Below, in pieces: positions 1-12,077 of a stretch of DNA of 64,000 nt (its first letter is position 1; the number at the start of each line of letters is the position of its first letter). Below the pieces are notes generated by a model. The model was not told the origin of the DNA. It saw nothing but the letters and a program-made list of their open reading frames with translations, and did not search any database. A program made the translations under genes and the position numbers. This DNA comes from Cordylochernes scorpioides (lineage: Eukaryota): assembly GCA_030710605.1 (NCBI GenBank), contig CP092864.1, positions 139,481,418 through 139,545,417 on the forward strand. Direction: 5' to 3'.

Positions 1-548
1 TTTTTATCCTTCTTACATATAATATACATACCAATAAAAATTACCAAAATACGATCCCCTAACAATTTATATAAAATAAATAAAGTTCAAGATCATTTAT
101 GGGTACTCCAATTTTAGATAACCCCTATAAAATGAAAGCTCATTGAATATTTAATGGTATTTGATACTGCCTAAGAAAACAGGAGAGAATCCCCCTTTTT
201 TTTTTTTCCATCACTAGATAATATGCAATGATTTGATTTGGCGCCTTAAAAATCACCCATTTGTTCTAAAATTAGGATTGGGTTCTTATTAAATTATAGT
301 TCTTTACTTTTATATAAATGAGAGGTGATTTGTGTGTATGTCAAAAATTGAGGTCTATTCAGCACCTATAGTTGATCCCCGAGGAAGACTATTTTTTCTT
401 TAAAAAAAGAAAAGTTTTCAAGACCAAGATGGTACTTCTAGATGGTAGCCTTCGCCACACTTGTCATTTGCATAGCCTCAGAATGAAGCCAGGTTTGCAG
501 ATCCAGGGGCAAGTCATTAGAGAAGAACACCTCCCAGAGCAGAGGTTG

Positions 549-2310
549 TGTTGGGGCACGTTTTTGTAACCATACCCCAACAGAAGGCGTATGTATAATC
601 AAATCAAATGGATACATGGCTTCCCTCCCACATAGACTTACAGACCATTCTTTTTGCCCAGAAACCTAGACAACAGATGACACCAGACTTCCATGCCGAA
701 AGCTGATGCCTGGTAAAGAAGAAGACATCCAGAGACATCCGAGCTGGAAACTGTTGTTTCATATGTACATATATTCCCCTCACCAAAAATTTAGGTAAAG
801 GTGACCAGAAAAAAAAAATGGAGAAGGAAGATCTCTAAAAGACTGAACCGAGAAAGGAAAGCGTTATATTACAGTGCAAGTGAAAAGGGGCCTGTGTCAA
901 TTTTAGCTAAGACGGAGGGGGGGAGCGATATATATATATCATCCCGAGAAAAAGGGAGGATGATATTTCAATCCATGTGGATGGGAGGGCTGGCGTCTGA
1001 AATTTTACACTATCGCCGTAGATGTTACTCTCTTTAGATTTTTGTTTTGGTAATACTATATGTTCTATTTTGATGGAAGAGGCCTGGAGTCTGAAATCTT
1101 ACACTAGTGCCATGTTGTTTCTCTTTTGAGATTTTTTTTTGTTTTGGTAATACGATATGTTCTTTTTTTGGTGAGGCCTGGGGCGTCTATGAAATTGATA
1201 CTGGAGCCGTTGGCCATTTGGATTGGTTTTCTTTCGGCGAATGAAAATGGAGAGAGGGAGGATATAAAGGAAGGTTCTTTGCCAAAAGGCAGGATTCGAT
1301 CGGAGTCGCTCAGTGAGAAGGACGATTTTTAGACGGGCCTGAGACGTAGAGGAGACCAGACCTTGCCGCCGCTTTCGAGAGAAGGTAAGCCCCTTGCCAT
1401 TATGGCTTAGCCCCCTTTTTTTTTTTTTTTTTTTTTTTTCGAACAGAAGCTAATCTATTTAGATTCTGAATGGGCCCTAAAGGGCTTTAAGTGACTTAAA
1501 AAGGAGTGTTAGGGTTCGTATATTTTGTCCCGCTAGAATAGATGGAGATCTAGGTTTCCCCCCCTTTTTGTGTAGTAGCCAACCTAGATTTCGCATGGGC
1601 CTTAAAGGGCTATAAAGTAACTTCAGGTCACCTCTATCTAAATTTTACTATGTAAATAGCATATCTCGTCAGTATAGACATGTTCCCAAATTTTAAGATA
1701 TTTTAAATAAATGTCTAGAGAAATTTTCTTGTTTCCTCTGTTACCTATTTCATACATAATTTGCCTTATGGTGCTATTCCCACTGTTTAAATGAAATGTT
1801 GTATGTTTCTTACCTATTTGAAGGGAATGTTACTAATAATCAAGTCTCCCATAAATTACCGGCCACATACATTGCCGCGAGTGTCTGTGTTTCATTGTTT
1901 TATAGATTGCCCAATTTAATAACGATTTCATGGGTTGTCTGATAATATTGTATAATAGTGTCGCGGCTGTTTCCATCTTTAGACCATTGTTCTGACAATA
2001 TTATATGCTCGATCCTTGCTTTAGCTCAACTCTTAATCAATTACAGAGTTTTTCCCCCCTTTTCTTTTTTATTTATTTTATTTATCCTGTTTGCATAAAT
2101 TGCATTACATGTGATGATGTAAAGACATATGCCGATAGTGCATCACTGACAGCTGTGCTGCTATTATACAACATTAAGGTCTTGCTGTGGGTTATATACA
2201 TGGGGTTGTTGGCCTAAATTGCTATATATATATATACTTAAGTAAGGAAACTTTTAATAAGATACATCGTGTATCCTCCCTTTTCAACTATCCAAACCGG
2301 GAACCCATCA
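549..2310 (+). repeat. A-type interspersed repeat, copy 1 (TG...CA termini; internal CCAAT, TATA and exon-like segment with GTAAGC donor)
   Basis: Near-identical to 29198-30972. The ORFs at 604-786, 1126-1332 and 2005-2217 recur at 29253-29435, 29801-29989 and 30667-30879. Starts TGTTGGGGCACG and ends AACCCATCA. TATA-like GATATAAAGG near 1262 and GAAGGTAAGC near 1379. Confidence 0.8.
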
Positions 2311-2918
2311 ATGTCGCCCGCCGCGGGGCTCGAATTTAGTATATGTTTCTTCCCCTATACTTTAGAAATATATACCTAATGAAAAGCCATACTATTTTTA
2401 AGTATTGGTGAAGTAGTCCACGCATCCTGAGATTAACAGTCTATTATAAATCGTGAATTTTAATTTATGCTTTCCGTTTCACTGGCATTTTATCAGGCAA
2501 TGAAAGTTATGTTGAGGCGGTGTATACCGCATCTCTCGCCGCTGTCTTTTACGATTCACATTGTTTGTGGCAAAAACCTTAATATTATCATTGATTTCTG
2601 ATATCAAAGTAAAACGTCTATGGGGATGAGTATCTTGTATTCTGGTCTTCTCGAGCTTTCGAGCTTGTCCGCCCTTCTACAGGAGAAACATATACAATAT
2701 ATCAAGAAAATATAACGTCGCCTGATGCTAAAACTATTATGATTCTATGTACATATATATATATACATTAGGAAGTTTTGCATATTATTTGTTTTCTTAA
2801 GACATATTTTTTTGATTAAGGTATTACACATATTCTACTATTGTTTGCTATATTCTATGAATTATCTTATAGGTTAGAAATTCTATTATTTAAGTAGTTT
2901 TATAATAGTTATTGGCTA
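2311..2918 (+). repeat. C-type repeat, copy 1 (about 600 bp, starts GTCGCCCG..GGGGCTCGAATTTAGTATAT, ends GTTATTGGCTAT)
   Basis: Homologous to 6050-6828 (a longer variant) along its whole length. Smaller C-like fragments carrying the AGCTTTCGGG..CCCTTCTACAGGAG motif occur near 56300 and 59935. Confidence 0.7.
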
Positions 2919-5900
2919 TGTTGGGTCAGTTTTTCCATTAAACAAAACCCAACAAAGATGTAAACATTCATTTACATCATATAAACATATATATACGCAG
3001 TGTCTCGCCGAAGTGTTTGTTGCCTAGGTGGAAAACTCCCAACGATGGCCGACGATGCTCTAAAGGCCCCCTTCCCTGACGCAGGGCCTCCCTTGGAAGG
3101 ATGTGCAAAGGGCAGACACGTGAAGACACGGGTGACATCCAGAGACATCCGTGCTGAGAACTGCTGTACCATATGTACATATATTGCTGTACCATATGTA
3201 CATATATTCCCCTCATTTCCTTTTGGTAGTAGGTGACCTAAGGAAAACAATGTGTCATTTAAACATATAAATTAATAATTTTATATACTCGGGATATATA
3301 TATATATTTTTAATATAATCAAAATATATATATATATTAATTAATTCCCAAAGGAATTAATTTTAGGGGTTAATTTGTTTTATCCAATATACGATTTCTT
3401 TCTCGCGCGGCAACACGGGAAATTGGGGGCGTGGTCATGGGGGGACGTGCGTGTTTTCTTCCGACGAATGGAGATGCCCATTGATCACGTGGGTGTTTGC
3501 CCTCGGCGAATCAAAATGCCAGCCAATAAAGGCTTTGGCATGATCAACGAATGGAAATGAAGAAAGACTAGTATAAAAGGGCCCGTTTTTGACTAAAAAA
3601 GGATCAGACAGAGAGAGCCGCTCAGTGACAGTAGAGAATTTATCCAGACGAGCCTGGGACGTAGAGGAGACAGTCCGTGCCGCCGCTTTCCGAAAGAAGG
3701 TAAGCACGCCATTATGGCCCAACTCCCTTTCATAGTTTTCAATTAGAAACAGTTCTATTTAGAATCAGAATGGGCCCTAAAAGGGCTTTAAATACAAGAT
3801 AGAATGTTTGTATTTTCGTGTCTTGTCCCGTTAGAAGGGATGGAGATCTATGTTCTCCAATCTATAGAGAGGAAATAGTATCCTTAAGTCACCCTACCTA
3901 TATTATTATGTAAATAGTATGTCCCGCCAGCATAAAAAAAAAAAATGCCCCCAAAAATATGAATAGTTCAAATAAATATCCGATACATATCGTATGAGAG
4001 TAATTTCTTGTTCTCTCTCCTACATACTCCATTCTTTTGCCCTATGATGTTACTCCCACTGTATAAATGAAATGTTGTATGTTTCTTATCTATTTGAAGG
4101 GAATGTTGCTAATAATTAGGTCTCCATAAATTGCCGGTCATATACATCGTTGCAAGTGTCTGTGTTTCAGTGTGCCTGCATCATGTCTACTTTATATTGT
4201 TCATTGATTTAAAATTAATAAGATACATGTTGTCTTAAAACTCATTAGGTTGTTCTCTTTACGGCTTTATTGAAGACCCAGGTTTTAGATATATTATGAT
4301 TGTTAATGTCAATGGCATAAGTCTATAGTTTGCTTGTCCTTTATTATTAGATTTTTGGTGTAATCTTCATAAATAGAGTTCTTCCCATATATCCAGATGG
4401 TAACATACTTATCGCATCTTGTTGAATCTTTACTATAAAGGATTAGGATTAATGTATACCTGCATGTGCGGCCAGATTTTCCACCAATGGAGTCTGAATC
4501 AGGTACTTCATGATATCTACTTTGAAATATTGTTTTCCGCCCACTATACTTCAATAGAAATATTAGTTTGGTCTTGTATATTCAGGATTTTAGTCTCTAA
4601 TAGTAACATGTTCATCTTTTCTGAGATCTTCCAAAGTCGTTGGATGATCTCAAAGGACGTGACACAAAGAGATGGGTGCGTCACGGACCAAAGTCCGTTG
4701 GACTGTAGGGGCGGTAAAATGGATGGCGGTTCCATTCCAGCGTCTATCTTTATGATGGGAGAGCCGTTCACTATTAAGGGTATAGTTTGCTTGTCCTTAA
4801 ATCTTATTTGTTAGTCTTCAGATATAACCTTCACAAGTAGGGTTCCTTCTACATATATCCAGATAGCAAAATAATTCAAATATCTTAACCACTTGTTATA
4901 TGCTAAGTACAGACTATTTACATATTTTTAAACTAAGGTTAAATTATTATATAATAAAAATATAACTTATGAAATTTGAATTAGCCATGGAGCAGAGTTA
5001 TGGCTATTGTATCTTTTTATTCTGATTTCTGACTATTGCGCTTATGTCAGGTATGTTTCTATAATATATCCCTATACCATATTTTCTAATTCTTCGGGCT
5101 ATTGTTAAGCAGTTAGGAGGGTAAGGTGTGATGCAAATAGATCTATATGTATGACTACTGTCTGTGTCATTTGGGTTATAAAAAGAAAGGGGGATGCCTT
5201 AATATGAATCTATCCGCAATTGACCTGTAGAAATTATAGAGATCTATTGCTATAATCTATTGCTATTGCTATGTCTTGATGACAGAGCCGACCATTATTT
5301 CACAAATCATTTTAACGTAGTGAAGGAACAGGAATAATTCGATATTTCCCCCCTTTCTTCCTAATTACACGTGAGCCCTAATTTAATGGGAGTGTCTTTA
5401 CACATCTGTCCTAAACTTCCCACACTATATCCCTTGTGTATAAATCTATTTTTTTAATTCATCTGTAGAAATATAGAGATCTGTTGCTATAATTTCCTCT
5501 ATGAAGTAGCTACCAGCGTCTTCAGTAGGTGGCTAAATCGTTAGAAGGCGATTCTTTTAGAGGAATGGTTGAAACAACGAGGGAGGCAAAGGAAGGGTCC
5601 GCCATTTTTCTTTCATGGAAGAAGAAGCAGGAGAGAGTATGGATGTAAGTTGAAACCCCTGAGACGTTTGGACCCCACATTCCTGAGACATCGTTAGTTC
5701 GCGCGCGAAGGATCCATCAACGGGACTGCCTGACGCTGGGCCCCTTTCCCCCCCCCCCGCTATTAGTGGAATTCCACCCACGCCTGGCGTGGTTGGAAGC
5801 CTCACTTGGAACTGCATTCCTCTAAATCCTTCTGTACTTTGTATATTATCTGATATTCCATTCTTCCAATTATAGTTCTTATGCTCAAGTGCTACATTGC

Positions 5901-6049
5901 TTATCTCTATATCAAACGCCTTGCCTATTGTGGTAGAGACCCAGTTACCAAAATGTTACATTTGCAGTTTTTTTTTATAAATAAATTTTTTGTATTAAGT
6001 CACTCCCTACATGCTCCGTTCTCGTAGGTCTAAAATAGGGAACGCGACA
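2919..6049 (+). repeat. B-type interspersed repeat, copy 1 (about 3.1 kb; paralogous to the A-type over its first ~1.3 kb)
   Basis: Near-identical to 18959-22094, with identical ORF sets (2972-3250 = 19012-19290 and so on). Starts TGTTGGGTCAG and ends GGGAACGCGACA. Has CCAAT (GCCAGCCAATAAAGG), E-box CACGTG, TATA (TATAAAAGGGCC, 3583) and GAAGGTAAGC (3705). Confidence 0.85.
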
Positions 6050-6828
6050 GTGGCGCCCAACGTGGGGCACGAATTTAGTATATATTTCATCTTGAATACT
6101 TTAGAAATATATACCTAATGAAAAGCCATAATATTTAATTATTTAATTAATAAAATTGGTGAAGTAATTCACACCCTGAGTTAAGAGTCTATATCTAAAG
6201 TGACTTACAAAAATTTCGAGTTGTCTTACTTAAGGAATGTCATGTTGTCACCTTGTGATTTTCCGTTAATTTTAAGAGCTATTCATAGCGTCCTTTCAGT
6301 ATTCTAACCGCACCTACTGATACGGTTTAAATCGTGAATTTTAATTTATGCTTTCCGTTTCGCTGGTATTTTATCGGGCAATAAAAGTTAAGTTGAGGCG
6401 ATGTCTACCACAACACTCGTCGCTGTCATTTACGATTCACATTGTTTGTGACAAAGCCTTAATAATATCACTGATTTCTGATATCAAAGTAGAACGTTTA
6501 TGGGGATGAGTATCTTTTATTCAGGTCTTCTCAAGCTTTCGGGCTTGTCAGCCCTTCTGCAGGAGAAACATATACAATATATCGAGAAAATATAATGCCG
6601 CCTGCTGCTAAAACTATTATGATTCTATATACATATATGTATATATATATATATTAGGATGTTTTAGCATATTATTTGTTTACTTAAGATACACTCTTTT
6701 TAACTGGTTAAGGTATTTACATATTCTACTATTGTTTGCTATATTCTATGAATTATCTTATAAGTTAGGAATTCTATTATTTAAGTTAGTTTTATAACGG
6801 TTATTGGCTATTACATACAAGTTCATTA
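6050..6828 (+). repeat. C-type repeat, copy 2, inserted within B copy 1 (absent at the orthologous point 22094/22095 of B copy 2)
   Basis: B copy 2 reads GCGACAG|CTATTACATA where B copy 1 has GCGACAG[779 bp C-type]CTATTACATACAAG. Confidence 0.7.
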
Positions 6829-7140
6829 TATTATTATTGATATTGCTAGTTGGTACTAGGATATATTGTGTTATATGCTTCGGGCAAATCTATTTTCTAT
6901 TAACGTTATTGTGTTTTCTGAATAACTGAAGGATCAATTATAAGTCTTTGATATTTACTGTTTATATTATTGTAATGTATTCTATGCTTCTCCTAGAGCG
7001 AAAGTGTGACTTGTTTCTTTACAGTGTAGGAAGAATTAGAGATCTATTGTCTTATTTAATAATGTTGCGTCTATGTTCATATATTCTATTGATGTCTCTC
7101 CTTCCTGTCTCCACCACGTACTTGGCTTAGCAGTTGTTTC
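6829..7140 (+). repeat. Tail segment shared by both B copies (matches 22095-22425)
   Basis: Homology with the sequence after B copy 2 continues for about 310 bp. Confidence 0.6.
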
Positions 7141-10129
7141 ACCCTATGGAATATATTGTCTTTTATGTCTGTTTGGTTAGTGAGTTTTTATGATATTAGG
7201 ATTATTTTAGATAGTTGATTTTAATGGTGGAGACTATATTAGGTGAATTACAGTAATATGCTTGGATGCCAAAGTTCCTTAGGTAATTGACTATAGTTAT
7301 AGATATTTGTGAGTATGTAGTGTAACATATCGCCCTATAGATACTTGTGGTTTTATTTATTGGGTTATTGATTGTTACACTTTTGTGGAAAGTTTTCTTT
7401 TTATTAATATAAAGGTGGTTGGGCATCCTGCTTGCTGGACATTATTTATAATGTTCTGTGTTTCAATCAATTTTGGATTCTGTTGCGAGCACCATTGATT
7501 ACAATTTTTTTTTCTAAATTGTTTTATACAGTATGAGAAATGCGGTTGGGTTGCCATGGATCAAAATCTAGGACAGTAACCCGTGTCTTACAGTAGTCTA
7601 CTGAAATGACTTAGAATTTCCTCTCATCACAGCCCTGATATAATCTCTCTCACAGCAGAAGTGAGTCCTGATAATTATTACTGGCTACAATTTATTAACT
7701 TTACTTTAATAGCGCTTCCTGCCAGGTCATACTAGTCTGTGCGTCCAGAATTAGAAATAATATGCCTGGAGATAGTTATTCTATTTTATTTATACAGCTC
7801 ATAGTGGATTGGGAGAGTGACAGACACACGAGCCTTAAGGCAGAATTAGAATGGGAGATCCAGTGTAGCGCACCCGTGAAGAGAGAAGTTTTGACCACCA
7901 TCTCTTCGTAAACCTTTTCTTTTAATTTGAAATCAGTAATGAATAGAAATCTGGTTCTTAATATTCCAATGGCAGAATTTCAAGGGATAGATATAGCGAC
8001 CAATTTGCGCGAGTACTTTTAATCACTGTGGAAGTATTTATCAACTTATGACAACTACCTGGGATAATCTTTAAATATATTCAAAGAAAAGAGAGATGAC
8101 TGGAGCTTGTGTCTGCAAGACAGATGAGATATCCCGAGGCATGCGTGGACAGCCTTAAGTAAATGACAAGGCAGCAAAAGCCAACTGTGTTAGAGACAGG
8201 ATCTATCTAATATTTGGGGGTATAAGGGACAGGAGAGTTTATCGAGGCTCGATTTGATACTAATATATATAATGAGGAGGTTAGCGAAATGAGGATCTCC
8301 AGCGCGAAGTAATATCACCTGAAGGCTGTGAAGGAGGGAGAATGAAGCCGGGACACCCGAGCAAGGATATTACGTTGAATGCAATTCGGAGCCTATAGGC
8401 GTGAGGCGGCGTCGTGATTGGTTAGAAGGCTAGATGCGCGAGGAAGGGCGGTCCCCTTTGACGTCGTTTTCTGCCAAGTTAAGATCACTGGATGCCGATA
8501 GATCGCCAAAAAGGGTGTGTGCACCACATGGAAATTGTCATTGAAGATGTGCCAGCATGACGAGGAAGAAGATCTAGGACGAGATGACGTTTCCCTAAAT
8601 TTGACACTCATAAGGTGCTACGCCTGGACAATAGATGGAGCAGTGAAGTCCATCTAGAAATTAGCGCTAATTCCAGAACAAAATGTGTTTAGATTGAGCT
8701 GAGGTTTCCTCTCCATATCATATATACTCCTGTAAATCCTTAGATGTCCACATGTATTTCCACAGTGAATTATACCCGCTGCACACCTATATCTCATGAG
8801 CCAGGAATGTAATTACCAGTCTGACAGTAATAAAGAATAATATGAGTTCTCTGACCCAGTAACAAACAAAACCCATGGTATGCAACAAAGTCCAACAAAA
8901 GTAATTCCCCTGCAAGATTCACAGTATTACATTATAACCCAACAGAAAACTCAGTTAAAATAGATGTCCTAAAGGGCGAAATAACTTTGTCATCTCCCAG
9001 CTCAAAAATGCAACTGTTATCCCGTAGACAATGATATTATAACCGCATTTTATTCAGTACCAGCAGATTGTAAGAGGGATGAACCCATGGAATTAGAACT
9101 TCCAATCACTGCACCTCATACTGTATAAATACAAAAGAAAGGCTTCTGATAACAGTCTCTAAGTGGCAATGGACTCGTACACGTGTTATGAGATCAAGTA
9201 AATTGGTAGGATAGGGCCCCAGATATTCTACAATTGTGTATTCATAGTTTGTAAGTTGTAAACAATGTGCCAGAGATCTTCCAGGTCTTAGACGCGCCAT
9301 TCGAGTATGTCCCAGAGGGGAAAGGCACCACGACGGCCAATTTCCTAAAAAGGCCTCGTGCGGGGGTGATAAAAGATTTGCAGCTGAGGCAATTAACGAT
9401 AGAAACCGTGGGCCCCCTGCCTCCCTTTTGGGAGATAATGACCGGACGTGAGAGGGTCTGCTTTAGCTTGTAAAAATTGAGGATGTTAAAACACACAGAG
9501 CAGTTTGTGTAAGCTGCTTTATCTAAATCTAGGCAACTGTATACACTAATTTATCCGCGTAGGTTTAAATTAGTTTTAATATTAGGTTATATATTAAATA
9601 ACAAATGTTTGTGTAAGCTAATTTACCTAGATTTCAGTGACTGTATACACTAATTTATATATTTAGGTCTTTTATTTGTTATAATATTGGGCTATATTAT
9701 ATAACAAATAAGTATTCTCCTGTTAAGAAACGAATTTTTTTGTTCACTGCAATCTTGGCCTTAATGCTGATATATGATATTTAAGAGTTACTTAGTTTTT
9801 TTTTTTTTATTAACAACACTCTGTTTTTGTTATAGGCTGTGATTTAAAGAGTTCCAGCTTTCTTTTATTTTTCTAGCTGCGAGTTTGTTTTCTCCTTTAT
9901 AGTATTGTAATGAGCCTTAAGATTTCAATTTTTTTATTTAAGTTAACAATTTTTGTCTTAAGTACCATGGTGAACTTTAAATAGTTTGCAGTTCTTCCTT
10001 TTATTTTTTTTAAACCATAACGTTTGTTCTAGTGCTGAGTGACAGTTGAAAGGAACTTTAACACCCTGTTTTAGTGTTTGTGTGCTAATTGTCCCAACCT
10101 TGTTTTTTTTGTGCAGTATATCGTCTCAC

Positions 10130-10870
10130 AACCCGTCTTAATGTTAGTCCACAGTTAATAGGATTTTTTTTTACAACCTGTTTTAATGTTAGTCCATCCT
10201 TAAAGAATTTTCACAACCCGTTTTAAAGTTAGTGTATCGTTTGTCACAACCTCGTTTTTGTGTAGCTCATTGTCGAAGAGAGTTTTCACAACAGTGTCTT
10301 AATGTTAGTCCACAGTTAATAGGATTTTTTTTTTCACAACCTTGTTTTAAATGTTAGAGTGTCATTTGTAACAACCTTTTCACAACCTCGTTTCAGTGTA
10401 GCTCATTGTTGAAGAGAGCTTTCACAACAGTGTCTTGATGTTGGTCCACAGTTAAAAAGGAGTTTTTTTTTCTCACAACCTTATTTTTAATGATAGTTTG
10501 TCATCTTTATGAGTTGTGTCACAACCTTGTTGTAATACAACACATCGTTTTGAAGAGCTTTCGCAATCCTGTCAGGATATGATTTAGGAAAACTTTAGTT
10601 TTTACTTTTGTTTTTTTTATGCTCCAATTTCGTTCTTTTATAGAACCTTCAAATTTCTCACAACGCGATGTCTGCGTTCACATCACTAGGGTTTCTTTTA
10701 TAAGAATCATTTTTTTTACAACGCGATGTCTGCGTTCACGTCACTCAGGTTTCTTTTATAGAACCTTCATTTTCACAACGCGATGTCTGCGTTCACATCA
10801 CTCGGGTTTCCTTTTTAGAATCTCCATTTTACACAACGCGATGGTTGCGTTCACATCACTACATACTTAC
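10130..10870 (+). repeat. Two tandem arrays in the gypsy 5' leader: ~100-bp units (10130-10560) and 57-bp units x4 (10640-10870)
   Basis: Repeated CACAACC..GTTTTAATGTTAGTCCACAGTTAATAGGATTTTTTTT units and repeated TTTCACAACGCGATGTCTGCGTTCACATCACTCGGGTTTC units. The ORF at 10619-10933 is an artifact of the repeats. Confidence 0.8.
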
Positions 10871-11075
10871 ATGTATGGTTTCTATGTTATTGAATACCAG
10901 TTTCCTTTGAAACGTGAACCCCATAGTGTTTAGGAACATGATTAAGAAAGGACCCCCCCCTTTTCTTTCTGTTTTGTGTTCCCTACTCCGCCCGCCCCTA
11001 TGGGTCCTGATACTACAGTTACAACCAGGGTGAATGACTAATACCTAGTTCCTGTAGATCCAACAACTGAGGACC

Positions 11076-12077
11076 ATGCCTGCCGATGAAGAGAATGCCG
11101 CAACTAGCCAAGCCCAGCTGCCCTCCATGCTGTACAACCTGGAGAAGTTTGAAGGGAAGGGCATAGTCCCCTTCACAAAGTTCATAAAGGACTTTGAACT
11201 TGTCTACGACCTGAAGGCCCTAGACGACGCCAGGAAGAGAATCCTGTTGGACAACCACCTCCGGGGGGCTGCGAGAGAGTTTGCTCTACAATCTCAACAA
11301 ATCCGCCTCGGATATGAAGAATTGAAGGAGAGCCTAGAGGGGAGGTTCCGAAAGAGGGTCTCTACAAGGGAGATGAGAAGCCAGTTCTTCTCATGTAGAC
11401 AAGGGGCCGGAGAGAAAGTACGAGACTTCGCCGCACGGGTGAGCGACCTTGCAGCGGGAGCAGAGTCGGACGGCCTGAAGATAGGCACCTCGGAAATCGC
11501 GGAGGTTTTCATCGACGGACTCTGCCCCAGCCTGTGGGAGAAGGCTCATCTATACCAAGGCGAACCCTGGGAAACCCTAGTAAGCAAACTACAGTGGCTG
11601 GAACAGAGGGAGGAAGACTACAGGGAGGCGCAGCGCTCCAGCGCCGACAGGAACGGCCAGAGGCTGGGTGACATGGGCAACAAATTGGCCGACCTGGAGA
11701 AGAAAATGGAGGCACTTGCAATAGAGAACGCAGCCCTCAGAAGACAAAGAGGGAGTGCCAATATTACAAATAGCGGGGGAGGAAGGTGGCCATCACACCC
11801 CGCAGGGAGAAGGGATTACAGAGACAACTCCCAGGATAACAGGAGGGGAGCCCCCCTCAGGAACTGGCAGAGGAGGCCAGCACAACAACCACCCAGACAA
11901 CAACGGAATCCATCCCCGCCTAGACAACAAAGGAGGGAACCCAACGGTGAAAGGGAGGAGAACCCTGGAGTGGACTACAAGAAACAGGGTGCAGGGAGAC
12001 CGCCCCCCAAGTGCTACGGGTGCGGCGAGCCAGGGCATTTCATCCGAGACTGCCAGCAGAAGCAGAGAAAAAACTAG
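11076..12077 (+). CDS. gag: Gag (capsid/nucleocapsid) of the gypsy element, with a C-terminal CCHC zinc knuckle CYGCGEPGHFIRDC
   Basis: 333-aa ORF with a retrotransposon gag-like coiled region and the CX2CX4HX4C motif. It ends at TAG 12075-12077, immediately after the slippery site. Confidence 0.85.
   Translation: MPADEENAATSQAQLPSMLYNLEKFEGKGIVPFTKFIKDFELVYDLKALDDARKRILLDNHLRGAAREFALQSQQIRLGYEELKESLEGRFRKRVSTREMRSQFFSCRQGAGEKVRDFAARVSDLAAGAESDGLKIGTSEIAEVFIDGLCPSLWEKAHLYQGEPWETLVSKLQWLEQREEDYREAQRSSADRNGQRLGDMGNKLADLEKKMEALAIENAALRRQRGSANITNSGGGRWPSHPAGRRDYRDNSQDNRRGAPLRNWQRRPAQQPPRQQRNPSPPRQQRREPNGEREENPGVDYKKQGAGRPPPKCYGCGEPGHFIRDCQQKQRKN

Noticed and set aside
3580-3710. Possible spliced-leader (SL) RNA gene (TATA, short exon, GTAAGC donor, hairpins, T-run)
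   Set aside because: The exon-like segment is about 90 nt, far longer than known SL exons (16-51 nt). The unit is embedded in 1.8-3.1 kb interspersed repeats with TG..CA ends. It is kept only as a hypothesis inside the A/B finding.
10619-10933. 104-aa ORF with internal repeats
   Set aside because: It lies entirely within the 57-bp tandem array of the gypsy leader and is a repeat artifact.
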